Positions 7,363 to 14,539 of a stretch of 30,640 nucleotides of DNA are shown piece after piece. The first letter of the stretch is position 1. Every line of letters begins with the position of its first letter. Location: the IMG/VR virus record IMGVR_UViG_3300031524_000058, positions 1-30,640 of that record; one strand, written 5' to 3'. The translations under genes were made by a program, and so were the position numbers. Source of the DNA: a virus (lineage: Duplodnaviria > Caudoviricetes). The notes under the pieces were generated by a model. It was not told where the DNA came from, did no database searches, and saw nothing but the letters and a program-made list of their open reading frames with translations.

Positions 7363-7812
7363 TCAATCCTTCTCGGCGGCGCTCAGCGCCCTGTTGTCCT
7401 CGATGAGCTTCGTCATGCATTCTGGCGCCGAGCACACTGTTTCCTCGAGGTTGGCCCACAAGCACCCGCCTGGGCATGCGCGTCGCTCGGTACATCCGCA
7501 GTAGCGGCAGATGCCCTGGACCGGTCCTGGCAGCTCTTCGTATCCCAGGCCTGCGCGCCCCTCGATAAAGTCGCGGTGTGAGATGTGGACGACTTTCGGG
7601 ACCGTCAGCGTGGCCAGGCCTCCGCTGCGCACATTGCGGGCTTCCGCGTGCGTCGCCACAAAGCAGGCCTCGATCGCCGGCTCTCCGCGCGTGCCCGCCA
7701 GCTTCTCGTCCATCGAAAAGCCCGCCACCAGCGCGTTGTAGACAAGCTGCTGCTCGCCTCGGCGCTCGATCACCAGCACCGCATCCCCAGGCCTGATTCC
7801 CATGGTCGTCAT
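7363..7812 (-). CDS. Hypothetical protein with C-terminal Cys-rich (Zn-finger-like) motif
   Basis: CRYCGCTERRACPGGCLW...CSAPEC; TGATG overlap at the start. Confidence 0.72.
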   Translation of the reverse strand: MTTMGIRPGDAVLVIERRGEQQLVYNALVAGFSMDEKLAGTRGEPAIEACFVATHAEARNVRSGGLATLTVPKVVHISHRDFIEGRAGLGYEELPGPVQGICRYCGCTERRACPGGCLWANLEETVCSAPECMTKLIEDNRALSAAEKD

Positions 7813-8045
7813 CAGTTCGCTTCCTTGGGGGGCTTTGACATCAACTCGAAAATCTCGTGAACCTCGTCGATCGGGATGGCGCCGGTCGCAGCCAGGCGCG
7901 CGATGAATTCCGTCGGGCTCGTGAACACCAGTCGCTCGCCGCCGTCGTGCATGTTTAGAAGCTCTGCGTAGTGTCCCTGCAGGTTCACCGACTCCCGCAG
8001 GGCGGTCATCAACACCTGGACCCATCTTCTCTCCGCTTCGGTCAC
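7812..8045 (-). CDS. Phage hypothetical protein (77 aa)
   Basis: GTGA overlap; ALRESVNLQGHYAELLNMHDGGER. Confidence 0.65.
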   Translation of the reverse strand: MTEAERRWVQVLMTALRESVNLQGHYAELLNMHDGGERLVFTSPTEFIARLAATGAIPIDEVHEIFELMSKPPKEAN

Positions 8046-8281
8046 GGCTTCACCTGCGCTTCCGGTGTCCAGAAGGGATGCCAGTGCGGGTTGCCCTCCA
8101 TGATCTTGTTGATCAGGCGGATGCCTTCCCAGAACACCTCGTTCATGTCTTCGCGGCGCACCACGCCTGCGGCCATACCCAACAGGAGCACGAAGCGCTC
8201 CCACTCTTCCCTGGTAAACGTCACCCCCAGCGTGATCGTCTTTCCGTCTTCCGATTCGTGGTACCCGCTCTCTATTTGCAT
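8042..8281 (-). CDS. Hypothetical protein (79 aa)
   Basis: GGAG RBS; part of the coupled operon. Confidence 0.65.
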   Translation of the reverse strand: MQIESGYHESEDGKTITLGVTFTREEWERFVLLLGMAAGVVRREDMNEVFWEGIRLINKIMEGNPHWHPFWTPEAQVKP

Positions 8282-8484
8282 TGCTCCGCCTTTCTCTGCT
8301 CGATCAACTCGGTCAGCGCCTCGTTCATAAACTGCACTTCCTCGCGGTCGCTGTGATACTGCCGGCCGACGGTGAGAATCGCTTCAAGCATCGCGACATC
8401 GAAGCTGGCGTAAAGAGCCGCGACGATCAGCGTGGCCAGTTCTTTCTTCGCTTCCGAGCTTAGGGTTGTTTCAGCCACAAGCAT
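8272..8484 (-). CDS. Hypothetical protein (70 aa)
   Basis: GAGGAG RBS before ATG 8484. Confidence 0.6.
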   Translation of the reverse strand: MLVAETTLSSEAKKELATLIVAALYASFDVAMLEAILTVGRQYHSDREEVQFMNEALTELIEQRKAEQCK

Positions 8485-8674
8485 CTCCTCCCCGCAGCCG
8501 TGGAATGCCCTGATCAGGCAGTTCGGGGTTGGTACCCGATTCCGGCGCCACCAGTACGACTTCAGTCCCGCCATAGGGCGTCCCGATCGGGCTGCGCGCC
8601 CACGCCAGCGCACGGGCTTCGGCTGCCAGGCCTTCGGTATTCACGCGCGAGTTATTCCTTGGATCCAATGCCAT
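8471..8674 (-). CDS. Hypothetical protein (67 aa)
   Basis: AGGAGG RBS before ATG 8674. Confidence 0.55.
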   Translation of the reverse strand: MALDPRNNSRVNTEGLAAEARALAWARSPIGTPYGGTEVVLVAPESGTNPELPDQGIPRLRGGDACG

Positions 8675-8676
8675 GT

Positions 8677-8853
8677 CTAGCCTCCTGAGGCTGCCCGTCG
8701 CTGCAGCTTTCGCGCGATCCGCACCTGCCAATCATGAAGACATCCCTCGCAACGTGAGCATTCGTCGTCAACGGCGAAGTCCATCCCGCAGTCGATACAA
8801 AGCTTCTTCGGCGGACCCTTGCTTGGAGCCAATGGAATTCGGGGCTCGCTCAT
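8677..8853 (-). CDS. Small Cys-rich (Zn-finger-like) protein (58 aa; not in the ORF track)
   Basis: MSEPRIPLAPSKGPPKKLCIDCGMDFAVDDECSRCEGCLHDWQVRIARKLQRRAASGG; ATGA overlap; fills the operon gap. Confidence 0.65.
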   Translation of the reverse strand: MSEPRIPLAPSKGPPKKLCIDCGMDFAVDDECSRCEGCLHDWQVRIARKLQRRAASGG

Positions 8854-9077
8854 CGGAACCCCTCAATGAACCTGCGCACTTCCGCTGTGTTGGAGAGCCA
8901 GCCAGGCAGCATCATGAACTGCACGCCGAGCGGTATCGCCGGGTGATTTTCAGTAATCGGGTGCTTCCCCAGATCCGACAGCATCGACGTCACTGCCTGC
9001 ATCGGATCGCCCGCGTCGAGCAATTCAATCGCCCGTCGCTTGCACTCAGCCAGATGTTCTTCGCGTTCGCGTCCCAT
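8850..9077 (-). CDS. Phage hypothetical protein (75 aa)
   Basis: REEHLAECKRRAIELLDAGD...SMLSDLGKHP...RRFIEGF; AAGGA RBS. Confidence 0.75.
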   Translation of the reverse strand: MGREREEHLAECKRRAIELLDAGDPMQAVTSMLSDLGKHPITENHPAIPLGVQFMMLPGWLSNTAEVRRFIEGFR

Positions 9078-9087
9078 CGCATCTTCC

Positions 9088-9161
9088 TTTCAGGTGCGCC
9101 GGGTACTTGAAGTACCTAACGCAGCGACCGCCTGCAAAAGGTACCTCAGGCACCTCAGGTG
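9088..9161. repeat. 9-bp tandem repeats downstream of the par operon (centromere-like)
   Basis: TTTCAGGTG CGCCGGGTA CTTGAAGTA (9088-9114); CAAAAGGTA CCTCAGGCA CCTCAGGTG (9135-9161). Confidence 0.7.
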
Positions 9162-9466
9162 TGCAGATACTGCTCGACGAGGTGATCCACCAGGTCGCTG
9201 AAGTCGCCGCCCTCGTCGTATCTCCATTTGCGGGCCGCGGCTCGATGGTTTTCACGCCGCATGAAGACTTTCACAGCTTTGTACTCCGGATGCTTGCTCT
9301 TCGCCGTCGCCTGCGAAGGCAGCGGCGCGAGCCTCGGCCCCGGCTGGGTGCCGCGAGTACCCTGAGCGATCCGAGTACCCTGAGTACCGCCTGCGCGCTC
9401 CGGCTCCTGCGCCTGCTTGATTCCCGCGAACAACTTGGTAAGGCCAGCCGATTTCAGATCGCTCAT
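9155..9466 (-). CDS. Putative type Ib centromere-binding protein (ParG-like, C-terminal RHH-like)
   Basis: 103 aa, ATGA-coupled to parA; low-complexity N-half and KSKHPEYKAVKVFMRRENH...DFSDLVDHLVEQYL. Confidence 0.75.
   Translation of the reverse strand: MSDLKSAGLTKLFAGIKQAQEPERAGGTQGTRIAQGTRGTQPGPRLAPLPSQATAKSKHPEYKAVKVFMRRENHRAAARKWRYDEGGDFSDLVDHLVEQYLHT
9344..9388. repeat. Five 9-bp units inside the ParG-like gene, related to the flanking repeats but in opposite orientation
   Basis: CTGGGTGCC GCGAGTACC CTGAGCGAT CCGAGTACC CTGAGTACC, encoding GTQ-GTR-IAQ-GTR-GTQ. Confidence 0.7.
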
Positions 9467-10104
9467 GCCCGCACCGCCGTGTCTTTTACAGCGGGCGCGT
9501 ACAAGATCCCCATGGATGTGAGCTGGCGCCCGATCTTCACGTAAGACTCCCAGGCTCGGTCGGCCGCGGGGTCTTTCACCTGGCACACGATGCAGCCCGC
9601 CGTCTCCGCTTTCTGGAAGACTTCGAGCCGCGGGATCTCGCCGTCGAAAACCGGCGCGTGGGACTCGGTAAGCAGGTTACGCAGCGCGGCAGCCTCCTTG
9701 GCCTTGTACTGAGGCACCGCGGCCAGCAGCACTCGGAAATCGGCGCCGATCGCTTGCAGCGCGCGCACCGTCTGCCCCAGCCCGTTGGTTGCCTGGCCGC
9801 CCAGGGTGGTGGGCACCACCAGCAGATCGCAACCATCTGCGGCGGCTTCGAGGCCAGCGCTGCCGGGCCGCTGCCCAACGTCGATCACGATGTGTTTGTA
9901 ATTGGCCGCCAACTTCGCCGCCTGCTCGAAGGGCGCCACTTTGTACGGGAAACCTTCGCCGCATTTCGACCAGGCTATCGCGTTGTGCACATCGTCGCCG
10001 TCCAGCAGCAGCGTCGGTGCCAGGCCCTGCAGGTATGCGGCCAGATGCACCGCCGTCATGGTTTTGCCCACCCCGCCTTTGTCGCTCACTACGCTCACGA
10101 TCAT
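9463..10104 (-). CDS. parA: ParA family partition ATPase (short, type Ib)
   Basis: Deviant Walker A KGGVGKT, LLLDGD, Walker B HIVIDV, DLLVVP; 213 aa, no N-terminal HTH; AGGAGG RBS. Confidence 0.92.
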   Translation of the reverse strand: MIVSVVSDKGGVGKTMTAVHLAAYLQGLAPTLLLDGDDVHNAIAWSKCGEGFPYKVAPFEQAAKLAANYKHIVIDVGQRPGSAGLEAAADGCDLLVVPTTLGGQATNGLGQTVRALQAIGADFRVLLAAVPQYKAKEAAALRNLLTESHAPVFDGEIPRLEVFQKAETAGCIVCQVKDPAADRAWESYVKIGRQLTSMGILYAPAVKDTAVRA

Positions 10105-10111
10105 CGTGCCT

Positions 10112-10163
10112 CCTCAGGTGCTTTAGGTACTTCAGGTACTCAGGTGCGTTTACTACTCAGGTT
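10112..10163. repeat. 9-bp tandem repeats upstream of parA (centromere/operator-like)
   Basis: CCTCAGGTG CTTTAGGTA CTTCAGGTA CTCAGGTG ... ACTCAGGTT. Confidence 0.75.
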
Positions 10164-10183
10164 CGACGTCCACGGCCGCGCCC

Positions 10184-11578
10184 TCACGGGCTCTCGCCTT
10201 CGGGGCCCACCACCACGATCTCCACTTCGCCGGCGACTTTGCGAATGGCTTGGCGTCCGAGCAGATTTATCACCACGCGCGTCGTCTCCGGCGCAGGCGA
10301 ACGCAGCTTCCATAGCCGCTTGCCGTTCACGCCCTCGACCGACTCCAGCTCCGCAGGCTCGACCGCCTGTTCGATCCACTCCCGGCGGATGCCGGGGTTC
10401 ATTTTCGCGATCCGTTCCAGGTGCTCTTTCGCGAGACGCTGCACTTGCTCCCAAGCCTCCCTATCCGAGGCCGGTATTTCGCCGTTGGAGAGGGGTCTTT
10501 CCGCGGGCTCTGTCCCACTGTGGGACAAAGCCGCTTCCAACCCCGCGTCTGGAGCTGGGTTGGTGAGGCCTCTGTCCCAGTGTGGGACAGGGGCTGTTTT
10601 TTGCGCCTCTTCAGCGCGCAGCACTTTGAAGCTCACCGGCTCGTTTTTAGGCAGATCGAAAAACTCGCCCAGCAGGCGTGTTAGCCGCTTGCGATACTTC
10701 GCAATCCCTGCCTCGGTCGCGGCCTCGTCCTCGGCGAAGGTGACGAACGTTATCCCTGCGGAGTTCCGCTGCATTTGCTCCAGCCACCATCCGCTGAAGC
10801 ACGCCACAAAGTCGTGTTCGCCATTTTTGACCTGCTTCCAGCGCTTCCCGGTCTCGACGCCGATCGGGATGTCGTACATCTGGCTCTTCAGCGCCGCGAT
10901 GAACTTCGGCCAAGGCCTAGCTGCCGGCTTGCCGGGGTCAGGGCCGGTCTCGGCGGGAGAAGGGGTTTGAACTGCACCCTCCCCGCGGGAGGGTAGGGTG
11001 GGTGGTTCTAAACTGACGGTTCCTGACGGTTCTTGACGGTTATAACGGTTAGGGGGACAAGCTATGTCCTCTGAACCCCCCTCAAATGTCCTCTGACTCT
11101 GTTCATCCTGACCTGTGAGGGGCTGTGGATTGTCCTCTGAAAAGTCGCCAATGTCCTCTGAGTTTTCGTCGAAATCGTCATTTTTTAGGTGTTCAGAGGG
11201 CACGGTGCCCTCTGACTTCTCTGGCGCGAAAATAGGGGTCATGGTGACCCCTAACGATTTGTAAAGCTTTAGAAACAAAGGGCTACGTTTGCCATTAGGG
11301 GGCACTGTGACCCCTATCTTGCCGATGTTCAAAATGTAGGCGTTAGACTTGCCGCCTACCGCTTTTCGGGCGCAATAGAGCCAACCCTCAGCCTCCAAAT
11401 TCGAGATCTGCCGCCGCGTCGTGCGCATGTCGCAACGCGAGTTCGCGGCGATGGTTTCGATCGACGGGTACGCAAAACCGAAGTCGTCGGCGTAGTTCGC
11501 CAGGGCCATCATCACACAGAACTGGGTCCTGTCCTGCGGCCCGCAATTGATCACAGCGCCCATCATTTGAACGCTCAT
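10184..11578 (-). CDS. Replication initiator / replisome organiser (N-terminal winged HTH)
   Basis: MSVQMM..V...VMMALANYADDFGFAYPSIETIAANSRCDMRTTRRQISNLEAEGWL (HTH_36-like), iterons in the linker; GAGGGG RBS before ATG 11578. Confidence 0.85.
   Translation of the reverse strand: MSVQMMGAVINCGPQDRTQFCVMMALANYADDFGFAYPSIETIAANSRCDMRTTRRQISNLEAEGWLYCARKAVGGKSNAYILNIGKIGVTVPPNGKRSPLFLKLYKSLGVTMTPIFAPEKSEGTVPSEHLKNDDFDENSEDIGDFSEDNPQPLTGQDEQSQRTFEGGSEDIACPPNRYNRQEPSGTVSLEPPTLPSRGEGAVQTPSPAETGPDPGKPAARPWPKFIAALKSQMYDIPIGVETGKRWKQVKNGEHDFVACFSGWWLEQMQRNSAGITFVTFAEDEAATEAGIAKYRKRLTRLLGEFFDLPKNEPVSFKVLRAEEAQKTAPVPHWDRGLTNPAPDAGLEAALSHSGTEPAERPLSNGEIPASDREAWEQVQRLAKEHLERIAKMNPGIRREWIEQAVEPAELESVEGVNGKRLWKLRSPAPETTRVVINLLGRQAIRKVAGEVEIVVVGPEGESP
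10511..10589. repeat. Two 17-bp palindromes TGTCCCA-N3-TGGGACA inside rep
   Basis: 10511-10527 and 10573-10589, 62 bp apart. Confidence 0.75.
11013..11051. repeat. 10-bp tandem repeats (TGACGGTT core) next to the iterons
   Basis: CTGACGGTTC CTGACGGTTC TTGACGGTTA TAACGGTTA. Confidence 0.7.
11064..11215. repeat. Iterons; putative replication origin within rep
   Basis: (A/T)TGTCCTCTGA at 11064, 11086, 11130, 11151, degenerate copy at 11108 (21-22 bp phasing), plus dyad TCAGAGGGCAC-G-GTGCCCTCTGA at 11193-11215. Confidence 0.85.
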
Positions 11579-11633
11579 GCGGCCCCCCTCAAGGAAACAG
11601 GGAAGCCCGGCACCGTTCTTGATTCCGCATCGG

Positions 11634-11969
11634 TCAAAGGGCACGGCCTTTCACTAAATCCTGAACATCCGCCAGCGTGTAGTTGCTTTCAGACATCGGC
11701 GTCGGCCCCTTGTCTTCGATCAGCAGCCCTAATTCCACCATTCGCTTGAGCGCCCGCGCGAACGAGTCTTTACTCATGCCAACTCGGCTCGCCAGTTCAC
11801 GGACCGTGGTGGCGCCGGGTTTGTCGTCGCAATACCGCGCCATCACCATGTAAGCGGCGATGCCGGCTGCCCCGAGGTCGTCGCCGAACCTGTCGAGCAC
11901 TTCGTTGTCGACCCAGACGACCCCAGACTTTCGCACGCTACGCGTCGTTCGTGATTTCGTTTCACTCAT
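11634..11969 (-). CDS. Small winged-HTH protein (replication-associated)
   Basis: WVDNEVLD...GIAAYMVMARY...TVRELASRVGMSKDSFARALKRMVELGLL; ATGA overlap. Confidence 0.75.
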   Translation of the reverse strand: MSETKSRTTRSVRKSGVVWVDNEVLDRFGDDLGAAGIAAYMVMARYCDDKPGATTVRELASRVGMSKDSFARALKRMVELGLLIEDKGPTPMSESNYTLADVQDLVKGRAL

Positions 11970-12628
11970 GCAGCACCTCGTAAGGGGACAGGGAAGGGCC
12001 GCACCGGAACGACGCTCTTCGTGGGCTTTGGCAGTGTCAGGCGACTTTCCTTCTTTCTGGCTTTCTGGCTTTCTGGCTTTCCGACCGCACCCAGAGGGTA
12101 CCCGGCGCAGGAACTTACTCCTCCGCGAGCGGTGATGAGCATGGCAGCTAGTTTGGCGTGGGAGAGACGCAATAGGAGTTTTTTATCGGTGAGGACTGGG
12201 TTCACGCGGAGCAGCTCGTCGACGATCCAGCCTCGGGAACGCGACGCCATCAATCGAGCGACGGGCGAACTCGAGCTTGGGACGCGCGGCGCGGCAGCGG
12301 CCGGGGTACCTGCGAAACGGGTCGCGCCCACTCGTGCCGGCACGTCTTGGGCGAGATCACCACGCGCCGGAATCCCGTTCAGGGTCCGGATGCCGCCCAA
12401 ATACCAATCGCGCTCCGGGCTGTTGCGTTGATCAGGGTCGGAGAGGCGGCGCCAGGCGGAGCCGGCACCGAACTCGAGGTAGGCCTTTACGGCCCGAAGC
12501 CATTGACCGCCACTGCGGCGGTCTCGTTCGCGGTCGCTCATTTTCCAAAGAGACGGGCCACGCGCATTCAGCGCAAGCGCGCCATGCTTAAAAAGATCGA
12601 GCTGAGACCAAACCAGACAGGCAGCCAC
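11966..12628 (-). CDS. Hypothetical early protein with N-terminal QLDLF motif
   Basis: GAGG RBS before GTG 12628; stop overlaps the next ATG. Confidence 0.55.
   Translation of the reverse strand: MAACLVWSQLDLFKHGALALNARGPSLWKMSDRERDRRSGGQWLRAVKAYLEFGAGSAWRRLSDPDQRNSPERDWYLGGIRTLNGIPARGDLAQDVPARVGATRFAGTPAAAAPRVPSSSSPVARLMASRSRGWIVDELLRVNPVLTDKKLLLRLSHAKLAAMLITARGGVSSCAGYPLGAVGKPESQKARKKESRLTLPKPTKSVVPVRPFPVPLRGAA
12045..12084. repeat. 8-bp tandem repeat CTTTCTGG x3 plus two degenerate units
   Basis: CTTTCCTT CTTTCTGG CTTTCTGG CTTTCTGG CTTTCCGA. Confidence 0.8.
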
Positions 12629-12782
12629 CGGGTATCCTCAAAACGACCTCCAATGTCTGATAACGGATATTCTCGTCAACCTGGAAGCCGTTCATGTACA
12701 ACGGTTTGTTGGAAATCAAAAAATGACGGGGGAGGGAAGTCCAATGCGGCCAGGAACTTCCTTTTCTTCCCAAAGTGTTCAT

Positions 12783-12902
12783 GTTGGTTGTATTGCACGC
12801 AGACAGTGAATGTCAATTGTAGAACTTCAGAGGGAATCTGTTTGTGCAACCCAGACATCTTTTCGGAACTTGACAGAGCCCGTGCCGTGCATTACAAACA
12901 AC
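12783..12902. promoter_or_regulatory. Divergent promoter pair with a shared 17-bp element
   Basis: Leftward TTGACA (12816-12811)-18-TACAAC; rightward TTGACA (12870-12875)-17-TACAAA; CGTGCAWTACAAMCAAC (15/17 identical) inverted at 12783-12799 and 12886-12902. Confidence 0.7.
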
Positions 12903-12908
12903 TCAACC

Positions 12909-13166
12909 ATGAGAACACCCCTCCAACTCGCTCGCGAACGAACTGGGCTGTCCCAGACCGAGGCAGCAACTCGTATGGGGATCGACCGGACCTACTACTC
13001 CCGGATTGAAAACGGGCGATGCAAACCCTATGCCAAAATGGCCAAGCAGATCGTGGATTTTTACGGCGCCCCGCTCACCCGCGACCAGGTCCTGTTCCCC
13101 GAGGAGTATGTCGGCATGGCCCTGCCTCCGCAGCCGGAGGACGGCGCTCAGTCCGAGGCCGCGTAG
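12909..13166 (+). CDS. XRE-family (Cro/CI-type) HTH regulator, 85 aa
   Basis: LQLARERTGLSQTEAATRMGIDRTYYSRIENGRCKP; no peptidase domain; no obvious SD before ATG 12909. Confidence 0.88.
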   Translation: MRTPLQLARERTGLSQTEAATRMGIDRTYYSRIENGRCKPYAKMAKQIVDFYGAPLTRDQVLFPEEYVGMALPPQPEDGAQSEAA

Positions 13167-13168
13167 CC

Positions 13169-13522
13169 GTGCCTCGCGGAGACCCACCACTCGGCGTCCC
13201 GTTGTCCACAGTCCTCACCGGATTCGCCAAGCGCGGCGTCGCCGCTCAGGCCGCAGTCGACAAACTGACCGCTCCGAAGAAGTCCTCGAAAAAGGGCGCA
13301 CACTACCCCATGCGCGAGTTGGCCGAGATGTCGCGGGAAAGTGCCAGGGTGTGGGATCGCTGGGCCGCCGTACCGAATCGGCGCGCTGAAATGGCATACG
13401 GCGCGCACACCCTTGCCGATCTGTTTCGGTCATCAGCCTATGTGCTGGATACGATGGCCGACAAAGAGCGCCAGGAAGACGAGCCTCCTCCCAAAGCCGC
13501 GCTCACCAAGCTGCAGAAGTAG
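13169..13522 (+). CDS. Hypothetical protein (start uncertain)
   Basis: GTG 2 bp after the XRE stop, in the frame of ORF 13019..13522. Confidence 0.55.
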   Translation: MPRGDPPLGVPLSTVLTGFAKRGVAAQAAVDKLTAPKKSSKKGAHYPMRELAEMSRESARVWDRWAAVPNRRAEMAYGAHTLADLFRSSAYVLDTMADKERQEDEPPPKAALTKLQK

Positions 13523-13525
13523 CCT

Positions 13526-13555
13526 TTGACACTTCTCCGCGATCGGCGCTATGCT
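13526..13555 (+). promoter_or_regulatory. Putative sigma-70 promoter
   Basis: TTGACA (13526-13531), 18 bp, TATGCT (13550-13555). Confidence 0.6.
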
Positions 13556-13560
13556 GCAGC

Positions 13561-13632
13561 GGTCAGGCATAGTGGCCTGTGGATTCAAACGCTCAAGTAC
13601 ACGCACTCAAGCCCGAAGCGATTCGGGCTTTT
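13561..13632 (+). ncRNA. Candidate ~70-nt small RNA
   Basis: Lies between the promoter and a terminator with no RBS/ORF; 5' hairpin CAGGC-ATAGTG-GCCTG. Confidence 0.4.
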
Positions 13633-14425
13633 GTGTGCCCGGCCGCGATAGAAGCTCGCTGAATGAGATCGCGCCGTTCGGAGCGTCCGGAGCCGTCAGC
13701 ACGGAGCGGATCTCCTTCATAGCTCCAGCCACACCCTCAAGCGCTTCCATTTCCTTGTCGTACTCCTCCGCCGTGATCGTGCCCCGCTCCACCTGCACCC
13801 AGTGCGCATGGTGGAAAGCTTCGCGCGCATAATTTCCAGCCCGGCCCGCATAACCCCGCTCCACCAGATATTTCGCTTCCATGCCCAGCCGGACCGCCTC
13901 GTAGGCGCTTTCGCTTGGCAGCTCCGGCTGCTCCGGCTCGTACCGGCGGCAGAACTCGTACCACTCCTCATCGCCCTCCATGTTGCTGACCAGGATCGCC
14001 AGCGCCTGGCTCAGCTCGAGGGCCGTCCGGAACTTGATGTGCAACTCCCCGCGCGCAAGCGTCACGCAGTCGGGCAGGGAGGCCAGCCCGAGTCCCAGCT
14101 TTTCTTTGAGCACTACAGTCCGCGGCTTGCGGCGGCTGACGTAGAGGTTCGCGGCCCGCCGGGCCTGGATCAATGCGGGCACGTCGCGCCCCGCCAATGT
14201 CGTCTGGAGAACGTCGTCGAGAAAGTCGAGCAGCCCCTCGGCCGGGACGATGTAGCTTGTCCCATACCGCACCCGCGGCATGGCTTCCATCAGAATGCTG
14301 GCCGCGCGCGGCATCAGGCCGAAGAGCCGGCCGACGTCAGAGGTGTGAAAGTGCGAGCAAGTCGAGCCGGCAACCGCCTTGCGGATCTCGGCAGCGTCCT
14401 TCAGCCAGGAAATCGGTTTGGCCAT
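13607..14425 (-). CDS. Recombinase-associated protein with N-terminal Xis/MerR-like winged HTH (272 aa)
   Basis: FHTSDVGRLFGLMPRAASILMEAMPRVRYGTSYIVPAEGLLDFL resembles excisionase-type HTH plus wing; GAGG RBS; divergent from the recombinase. Confidence 0.65.
   Translation of the reverse strand: MAKPISWLKDAAEIRKAVAGSTCSHFHTSDVGRLFGLMPRAASILMEAMPRVRYGTSYIVPAEGLLDFLDDVLQTTLAGRDVPALIQARRAANLYVSRRKPRTVVLKEKLGLGLASLPDCVTLARGELHIKFRTALELSQALAILVSNMEGDEEWYEFCRRYEPEQPELPSESAYEAVRLGMEAKYLVERGYAGRAGNYAREAFHHAHWVQVERGTITAEEYDKEMEALEGVAGAMKEIRSVLTAPDAPNGAISFSELLSRPGTQKPESLRA
13609..13632 (+). terminator. Intrinsic terminator
   Basis: AAGCCCGAA-GCGA-TTCGGGCTT-TT, GNRA loop; overlaps the 3' end of the convergent gene. 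Confidence 0.75.
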
Positions 14426-14460
14426 AGAAACCTCGAAAACGCAGGGAATTCAAGGGTAGG

Positions 14461-14486
14461 GATAAATGCGAGGTCGCGCACTCATC
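14461..14486. promoter_or_regulatory. Candidate tyrosine-recombinase crossover site or operator
   Basis: GATAAATGCG-AGGTCG-CGCACTCATC: inverted 10-bp arms (8/10) around a 6-bp spacer. Confidence 0.45.
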
Positions 14487-14539
14487 GGATTTCTACAAGA
14501 TACTACTAATTATCATGACCGGGTGTAAAATGGCCGATC

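Noticed and set aside
9658-10970. Long plus-strand ORFs (302 and 393 aa)
   Set aside because: Shadows of parA and rep in GC-rich DNA; Arg/Ser/Pro-rich, no motifs.
11013-11215. CRISPR-like array
   Set aside because: Repeats are 10-11 bp with ~11-bp gaps inside a CDS; no cas genes. Iterons fit better.
12588-12858. Small minus-strand ORFs (64 and 60 aa) as a cI-like repressor
   Set aside because: No HTH pattern or RBS; they overlap the promoter region.
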